Source: Desulfobacterales bacterium
Lineage (GTDB): Bacteria; Desulfobacterota; Desulfobacteria; Desulfobacterales; UBA5616
Reading direction: 5' to 3'
Length of the DNA stretch: 64,000 bases
NCBI GenBank assembly: GCA_046483495.1
Contig: JAWODC010000067.1
Location: 1 to 64,000, forward strand
Within the stretch, counting starts at the first letter, position 1. Every line of letters starts with the position of its first letter. The notes beneath the pieces were generated by a model that did no database searches, had not been told where the DNA came from, and worked only from the letters and a program-made list of their open reading frames with translations. A program made the position numbers and the translations under genes. Below are positions 58,101-64,000 of this stretch, piece by piece.

Positions 58101-58964
58101 ATGGAATTTGAAGGCATTAACGTAGAGGATGCCCCCCGGCTTAAAAATCCGGTTTTCATTGTCGGGTTCGATGGGTGGGGGAATGCATTGAACACGTCGA
58201 AGGGAATGGTCGATTACATTATCCGCACCCTTAGAGGGCGTTTTATCGCCCAACTGGATACGGACATGTTTTACCGCTATGATGCCGTGCGTCCCATAGT
58301 TGCGGTGGAGGACGGGGTCTTAAAAAAACATCGGCCGCCGGGTGCGAGCTTCTTTGCCATTGAAACCGAATCCGATGCCCACGACCTCGTGGTCTTGTCG
58401 GGGGATGAACCGAACCTTGCCTGGAGCCTGTTGGTTCGCAATCTTTACGGGTATTTGCAGGCTTTGGGGGTCAAAACCGTCATATCCCTTGGGGGGTTAT
58501 TCGATAATGTTCTCCATACGGACAGGGTGATATCGGGAGTTGTTTCCAATGAAGGGCTGAAAGCGCTGTTGCGCCAAAAAGGCGTTTCGCCGATTACTTA
58601 TCACGGCCCGAGTACCATCCATGCCACGATTCAGTGGGAGGGCCGGAAAAGGGGATTTGAATGCTTGAACCTTTGGTGCCACTGCCCCTACTACCTTCAG
58701 GGCCTTACCCACTTCGGGCTTTTATCGACACTCGGCCGGTTGCTTTCCTATTTGGGCCATTTCAACATCGATATGGATGTACTGGAAGATAATTGGGAAC
58801 GACTGCAACCGGAAATACAGGAATTAATCGAAAAAAACCCGCAAATCAAATCCGCTGTCGAGAGACTTATGAAGCAGCGGTCACGAGAAGCGGCGGCCTT
58901 GCATAAGTCCGTCGACCCGAAAGAAAAGATAATCGATTTGTCGGATTTTTTAGAACCCAAGTAA
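58101..58964 (+). CDS. PAC2 (proteasome assembly chaperone 2) family protein
   Basis: LKNPVFIVGFDGWGNA, FYRYDAVRP, GDEPNLAW, ISLGG..HT and WCHCPYY motifs. Confidence 0.85.
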   Translation: MEFEGINVEDAPRLKNPVFIVGFDGWGNALNTSKGMVDYIIRTLRGRFIAQLDTDMFYRYDAVRPIVAVEDGVLKKHRPPGASFFAIETESDAHDLVVLSGDEPNLAWSLLVRNLYGYLQALGVKTVISLGGLFDNVLHTDRVISGVVSNEGLKALLRQKGVSPITYHGPSTIHATIQWEGRKRGFECLNLWCHCPYYLQGLTHFGLLSTLGRLLSYLGHFNIDMDVLEDNWERLQPEIQELIEKNPQIKSAVERLMKQRSREAAALHKSVDPKEKIIDLSDFLEPK

Positions 58965-59009
58965 CCATTCGGATGAGAACCTGGAGGGGTTGCTGTACAT
59001 AGGGCTGTA

Positions 59010-59840
59010 ATGGGAGACGATTTTTATCACATATTGGGTGTGGATCAAAACGCCGGGGACAAGGAAATCAAAGATGCCTACCGCAAACTGGCATTTTCGT
59101 ATCACCCCGACCGAAACAGGGATAACTCCGATGCCGCGGAAAAAATGAAAAAAGTCAATGAGGCCTACGCCGTGCTTTCAAATGCGGACAAAAGACGGCA
59201 GTATGACGCCATGCGGCGTCAATACGGTTCACATGCTTACAGCCGTTTTCGGCAGAATTATTCGGAACAGGACATTTTCAGCGGCTCTGACATCAATTCG
59301 ATTTTGGATGAAATGGCCAAAGCATTCGGATTCAGGGGGGTCGATGAAATATTCCGGGAATTTTACGGTCGGGGGTATCGCTCATTCGAGTTCCGACGAC
59401 CCGGGATGACCGCGCGCGGGTTTGTATTCCAAGGTCCTTTAAGGCGAACGAAACCGGGATCGGCAGCCCCGGGTCTTAAGACCGGCTTGGCGACCGGTCT
59501 GTCCAAAAAGATTTTAGGCAAATTGAGCCGTTTGGCCATCGAAAAGATCAGCGGAGTCGTATTCCCCCAAACCGGATCGGACATGATGGACGATATCTAT
59601 TTGGCGCCTGAAAAGGCCGAAAAAGGCGGGCCGTATGCATACCATCATCGACGAAGAAACAAAAAACTTGTGGTCAAGGTGCCTCGAGGCATCAAAGAAG
59701 GCCAGAAAATCCGGTTGCCGGGAATGGGTGGTGAGGGAACAGCCGGCGGCGGCTCCGGGGACCTGTATTTAAAGGTAAATTTCAAGAAACCGGTTCTTGA
59801 AAAAATAAAAGATGTCATTCATGAGCTACGGTCTAAATAG
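59010..59840 (+). CDS. DnaJ-class co-chaperone (J domain + partial C-terminal domain, no zinc finger)
   Basis: DFYHILGV, YRKLAFSYHPDRN, VNEAYAVLS; VKVPRGIKEGQKIRLPGMG..GDLYL. Confidence 0.92.
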   Translation: MGDDFYHILGVDQNAGDKEIKDAYRKLAFSYHPDRNRDNSDAAEKMKKVNEAYAVLSNADKRRQYDAMRRQYGSHAYSRFRQNYSEQDIFSGSDINSILDEMAKAFGFRGVDEIFREFYGRGYRSFEFRRPGMTARGFVFQGPLRRTKPGSAAPGLKTGLATGLSKKILGKLSRLAIEKISGVVFPQTGSDMMDDIYLAPEKAEKGGPYAYHHRRRNKKLVVKVPRGIKEGQKIRLPGMGGEGTAGGGSGDLYLKVNFKKPVLEKIKDVIHELRSK

Positions 59841-59982
59841 TGCCCACCCGGAAATGGCTGATTCGCTCCATTTCGGCGTTGGCCGGTAAATTTTAATCCT
59901 CAAAATACTCAATGTACTCCTGCAGTTACAATTTACCGGCTGCCTTGAACTGAATCGAATTCTCATTTCCGGATGGACGCTG
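59838..59982 (+). repeat. Dispersed hairpin element, copy C (145 bp)
   Basis: TAGTGCCCACCCGGAAATG...CATTTCCGGATGGACGCTG; inner stem GCCGGTAAATT/AATTTACCGGC; loop CTCAAAATAC-TCAAT-GTACTCCTGC. Its first TAG is the stop codon of the upstream gene. Confidence 0.85.
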
Positions 59983-60028
59983 ATTGGTTTAACGTTAATG
60001 TTTTTCATTAGAAAATAAAGGATAACCT

Positions 60029-61030
60029 GTGTATTTAGCTAAACATATAGTTAACGGCAAACCTCGTTTTTACATACGCGAATCCTATTTTGATGGGGCC
60101 TGTTTCCGTAGCCGGACCCTGTTCGATCTGGATTCGAACCCGGAAAAATATATCATTTATCCCGGCGGAAACGGCTACTATATCGACGAGGTGGTTTGCG
60201 ATGAAATCAGAAAATACGGTGTAAAGAATATAACCGATAAACTCGATGACGTCTTTTGGCCCTTTTTGGATCCCCGCATCAAGCGTGTTCTCGAAGGCTT
60301 TTCGCGAAAACGGACAAGCGGGCGCGGCCGTTTGGATTGCGACAGCAGCAAACACACAGACGATTTTCATATTTTCGACAAGCGCCGCGTTCATTTTATG
60401 CGATTCGGGCGCATGGATCAGGGGAATATCGGCGCCGTTTCACCGAAGCTTATGCGCCGCCTGCAGAATCGGTCCAGGGATGAAATCGAACAATATTTTA
60501 TGCGGTCGGAAGCGATTCTTCGGCCCCATGAAATAAAAAATTATGTTTTTGTCATATTCAATCTGCAGCGACATTTTCAGCGTCTTAACGTCAAAACGAT
60601 GCCTCAGATTCTGGATCCGGACGAACTGGATGCATTCTTTCTGGAGGACATCTGCCGGTTAAACGGGGATGAAGCCTTTTGGTACGGCAGTGAAAAAAAT
60701 GAATCGTTGAACGACTACCTGGTGCGATACCTTATCATGTATTTCGATTATGAATTCGGTCAATCCACCTTTTTGAACGATTACATCCGCCGGTTCATGG
60801 ATGACAGAAGACGCTTCCGTTTTCCCGCACCCCAAACCACCGTCGGCCTGGATGAAGCCAGTGACAGGTTCAGGGTGGAGAAGTCGGTGCTGAAAAAAAT
60901 GACCCGTCGCGAGTTGACATCCCGATATCGAAAACTCGCCTTGAAATTGCATCCCGACCAGGGCGGTGACCACGAACGATTTATCAAGTTGACCGAAGCA
61001 TACAAGGCAATGATCAGGAAAAAAACATAA
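60029..61030 (+). CDS. Hypothetical protein with C-terminal J domain
   Basis: C-terminal YRKLALKLHPDQGGDHERFIKLTEAY; uncharacterised N-terminal region; GTG start with AAGGA RBS. Confidence 0.85.
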   Translation: MYLAKHIVNGKPRFYIRESYFDGACFRSRTLFDLDSNPEKYIIYPGGNGYYIDEVVCDEIRKYGVKNITDKLDDVFWPFLDPRIKRVLEGFSRKRTSGRGRLDCDSSKHTDDFHIFDKRRVHFMRFGRMDQGNIGAVSPKLMRRLQNRSRDEIEQYFMRSEAILRPHEIKNYVFVIFNLQRHFQRLNVKTMPQILDPDELDAFFLEDICRLNGDEAFWYGSEKNESLNDYLVRYLIMYFDYEFGQSTFLNDYIRRFMDDRRRFRFPAPQTTVGLDEASDRFRVEKSVLKKMTRRELTSRYRKLALKLHPDQGGDHERFIKLTEAYKAMIRKKT

Positions 61031-61108
61031 GCGATCAACACAACACCGGGACCACTTCCGTGTACATGGTGAAAAGTCGATAAAATACAACGGTTTGAAT
61101 GAAAATTG

Positions 61109-61642
61109 TTATAGATTCAGCAAATCCTTGACCAGATAAATGCCTGTAATGGTTTTCGCATCCGCTATTCGTCCCGAACGAATCATTTCCATCGCAGCAT
61201 CGAAATCGATCCGGTGAACATCCAGAATTTCGTTGCGGTCCAGTTTTTGCGAAGCGGGCATTAAGTCACGGGCGAGGTACAGATGGATTCTTTCATCCGT
61301 GTAACCGGGCGCCGGTGTAATATCGCCCAGCTTTTTCCAGGATGCGGCATTCATGCCCGTTTCCTCGATGAGTTCTCTCTTGGCGCAGTCCAGAGGCGCC
61401 TCACCCGGGTCAAGGGTGCCGGCGGGTATTTCCCAGATATATCCTCCGACAACATAACGGTACTGTTTCAGCATTAAAATGGTGTTGTTGTCGGCCGTTA
61501 TGGCCACCATGGCGGCCGCACCGGGATGACGCACCACGTCCATATTTACCGTTGAACCATTTTCCAGAGTGATGTTATCCCTGAAAACATGAAACGCCCT
61601 GCCTTGATAGATGCATTCACGGCGGTTCAATTTTGCCGTCAT
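61109..61642 (-). CDS. Nudix hydrolase (ADP-ribose pyrophosphatase-like)
   Basis: Nudix box WEIPAGTLDPGEAPLDCAKRELIEETG; QYRY, APGYTDE and DAKT motifs. Confidence 0.93.
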   Translation of the reverse strand: MTAKLNRRECIYQGRAFHVFRDNITLENGSTVNMDVVRHPGAAAMVAITADNNTILMLKQYRYVVGGYIWEIPAGTLDPGEAPLDCAKRELIEETGMNAASWKKLGDITPAPGYTDERIHLYLARDLMPASQKLDRNEILDVHRIDFDAAMEMIRSGRIADAKTITGIYLVKDLLNL

Positions 61643-61758
61643 CAGCGAATTTCCTTTTTCAATTGATTCGGGAAGATGTAATCTGCTACAGAAAGACTGA
61701 CACAAACAGGTGGAAAAAACAAGGACGGAAAATTACGATCAATCGTGAGGAAGCAAAG

Positions 61759-62748
61759 ATGCAGTGGAAAACGCCTGTCACAGACCTGCTGGGATGCCGC
61801 TATCCAATTCTTGAAGGCGCCTATGGCGGGATCGGCACCTGGAAATTTGCCGCGGCCGTTGCCGAAACGGGGGCTTTCGGTTTGATTACCGCCTCCGTCT
61901 ACAAAACCCCGGAGAAACTGGAGGATGCCATAAAACAGTGCCGCGATGCGACCGGCGGTGCCTTTGGCGTAAACATCAGCATCGGCATATGCCCCCGCAT
62001 CGATGAGATGCTGGATGTGTGCATTTCCCAGCGCGTTCCCGTGGAAACAGCCGCCTATAAGCCGGATGCCCTTGCCGGCCGGATCAGGGAATCAGGCATT
62101 GCGTGGGTCCATAAATCCGCCCGGATCAAAGATGCTCTTCATGCCGAACGCCTGGGCGCCCACGCAGCCATCATCGTCGGTCTCGAAGGGGTCGGATTCA
62201 AGAATCCCGAGCAGTTGCCGACCCTGATCACCACCACCCTCGCCAAAAAAATGCTCCACATTCCGCTGATCGCCGCAGGGGGGATCGCCGATGCATCGGG
62301 GTTTATGGGGGTCCTTGGAATGGGTGCCGATGCGTTAATGATGGGCACCGCCTTTATGGCCACAGATGAGTGTCCCCTGGGAAAAACAGCCAAGGAAAAA
62401 ATTATCGGATCGTCACCGATGGATCCGCGGCTTCGGCACCAGGTGCTGTCGCCGCCGGACCCGCAAGCCTATCGAGAGGTGATGGCGCTGCGCGGGGAGC
62501 TTCCGGTAGACAAATGGCTCCGCATGCTGGAGCGTGTCAATTTAAAATACGATGCCTGGCGGACGGATGTCGAGGCTGATGGTGAATATTCGTTTGACGA
62601 AGAATGGGGACGTGAAGGCCCCAGCAAAATCGTCTCACTGGCGGCCGGTGTGCTGGAACGGGTGATGCCGGTAAAGGAATTCATCGGAAAAATGGTTCAC
62701 GATGCCGAAACCAGGCTCGAGAAAATGGCCCTGTTAAGGGCATCGTGA
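61759..62748 (+). CDS. Nitronate monooxygenase / FabK-like FMN-dependent oxidoreductase
   Basis: LLGCRYPILEG, AAAVAETGAFG, FGVN, IAAGGIAD and MGTAFMATDE motifs. Confidence 0.88.
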   Translation: MQWKTPVTDLLGCRYPILEGAYGGIGTWKFAAAVAETGAFGLITASVYKTPEKLEDAIKQCRDATGGAFGVNISIGICPRIDEMLDVCISQRVPVETAAYKPDALAGRIRESGIAWVHKSARIKDALHAERLGAHAAIIVGLEGVGFKNPEQLPTLITTTLAKKMLHIPLIAAGGIADASGFMGVLGMGADALMMGTAFMATDECPLGKTAKEKIIGSSPMDPRLRHQVLSPPDPQAYREVMALRGELPVDKWLRMLERVNLKYDAWRTDVEADGEYSFDEEWGREGPSKIVSLAAGVLERVMPVKEFIGKMVHDAETRLEKMALLRAS

Positions 62749-62829
62749 GCCTGTCGGAATGACCTCGAAGAACAAGCAAATACGTGTTGCGAGGACACGA
62801 ATTCAAGCCGATTCAGGAAGGAACCCTAT

Positions 62830-64000
62830 ATGGAAGAACGCATGCTTGACGGCTACCGAGTGCTGGACCTGACCGAAGGCGGGTACCTGCTCGGAGGCCA
62901 GATTCTCGGTGATTTAGGTGCTGATGTTCTAAAAATCGAACCCCCGGGAGGAAGTCCCAGCAGAAACAGGGGGCCTTTTTACAAGGACATACCGCACCTT
63001 GAAAAAAGCCTGTTCTGGTTTGCCTACAACCGAAACAAACGCGGCATTACGCTGAACCTCGAATGCACCGGCGGGCGGCGGATTTTTCGACAGCTTGTCC
63101 AAACGGCGGACATCGTGCTCTCTTCCCATGATCCGGGTTATCTGGACGGCCTCGGTTTGGGATATCCAGACTTCGCTGAAATAAAAAGCGATATCATCCT
63201 CACATCCATTTCCCCATACGGCCTGGAAGGGCCGAAAGCACACTATAAAATGTCCGACCTTACGACGTGGGCCTCCGGGATGGTGCATGCCATCACCGGA
63301 GATCCCGATCGGGCGCCCACATGGATGAGTTATCCGACCGCCGGGTTGGTGGGCGGCATTCTCGGGGCAATCGGATCGTTGTTCGCCCTCTGGCATCGGG
63401 AAATCACCGGAGAAGGGCAGCATGTGGATGCACCGGTGCAGCAGTACCTGCTCCATTACACCACCGGGGCTCACTGGTTCTGGGAATGCATGCAGTTTGA
63501 TTTTCCCCGTCTGGGCCGGTTTATGACATCCGGATTCACGAAAACCGCCAATATACGGCCCTGCAAAGACGGTTATGTCCATTGCGTGGTGGGATGGGGT
63601 GCCGCTGCCGGGTTCTCGGACAGCACCGCGCGACTGGTCGAATGGATGAACGAAGAGAACATGGCACCCGATTGGCTGACGGCGATCGACTGGTTCAATC
63701 TGGGCTCTGATGTTTCCAAAATGACGCAGGAGGAAATGGATCGCATTCAGAAACCCTTCGATGACTTTTTGCTGACCAAAACAACACAGGAATTTTCTGA
63801 AGAGGCAGCCCGGCGGGGAATCATGGGATGTCCTGTCTCCAACAGCCAGGATATCTGCCGGGACCCTCATCTTGAAGCCAGGGGTTTCTGGGAATCGGTG
63901 AGACATCCGGAACTTGATGATACACTGACCTATTGCGGCCCGTTCGTGAAACTTTCCGAGGCGCCCATGCGGGTGCAGCGCCGGGCGCCGCTGATCGGCG
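62830..64000 (+). CDS. Family III CoA-transferase (CaiB/BaiF), BbsE-like; 3' end beyond the window
   Basis: Manual translation MEERMLDGYRVLDLTEGGYLLGGQILGDLGADVLKIEPPGG...WFAYNRNKRGITLNL...SISPYGLEGP; open to the window end, hence absent from the ORF track. Confidence 0.93.
   Translation, partial: MEERMLDGYRVLDLTEGGYLLGGQILGDLGADVLKIEPPGGSPSRNRGPFYKDIPHLEKSLFWFAYNRNKRGITLNLECTGGRRIFRQLVQTADIVLSSHDPGYLDGLGLGYPDFAEIKSDIILTSISPYGLEGPKAHYKMSDLTTWASGMVHAITGDPDRAPTWMSYPTAGLVGGILGAIGSLFALWHREITGEGQHVDAPVQQYLLHYTTGAHWFWECMQFDFPRLGRFMTSGFTKTANIRPCKDGYVHCVVGWGAAAGFSDSTARLVEWMNEENMAPDWLTAIDWFNLGSDVSKMTQEEMDRIQKPFDDFLLTKTTQEFSEEAARRGIMGCPVSNSQDICRDPHLEARGFWESVRHPELDDTLTYCGPFVKLSEAPMRVQRRAPLIG

Noticed and set aside
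62929..63906. 325-aa - strand ORF
   Set aside because: Antisense shadow of the + strand CoA-transferase that starts at 62830.

Overview
This window is mostly core chromosome of a sulfate-reducer-type deltaproteobacterium; Desulfobacterales-like is my inference from gene content and order. From left to right: a decayed integrative element downstream of tRNA-Leu(GAG), with a truncated DUF6538-type integrase N-terminus, a TPR/outer-membrane-type cargo gene and a suspicious high-GC amidase-like fragment in the first 96 bp; the kdsA-kdsC-lptCAB-rpoN-hpf-ptsN-rapZ-EIIA-gap-tpiA-secG run; M23 peptidase, DUF39, thpR, recA and alaS; plsB, a murU-amgK fusion and dapB; a namZ-ugd-NTP transferase-cysQ-cpsB-rnhA run; a 2-oxoacid:ferredoxin oxidoreductase operon followed by hisC-cmk-rpsA-sppA; guaB-dnaE-manC; a type IV minor pilin cluster facing a GT2 + GT-C/TPR glycosylation cluster; a NifS-like/YedF pair; PAC2 and two J-domain proteins; a Nudix hydrolase, an NMO-family enzyme and a CoA-transferase. 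Two signals stand out. (1) A family of ~145-148 bp intergenic hairpin elements, 7 full or partial copies, with invariant loop motifs and compensatory stem changes, mostly just upstream of start codons. (2) A plausible pilus-tip protein O-glycosylation module: ManC, a GT2, a GT-C/TPR protein and a PilW carrying a 45-aa Ser/Thr tract. No CRISPR array, rRNA or intact transposase was seen. All family assignments come from motif recognition, not database searches.
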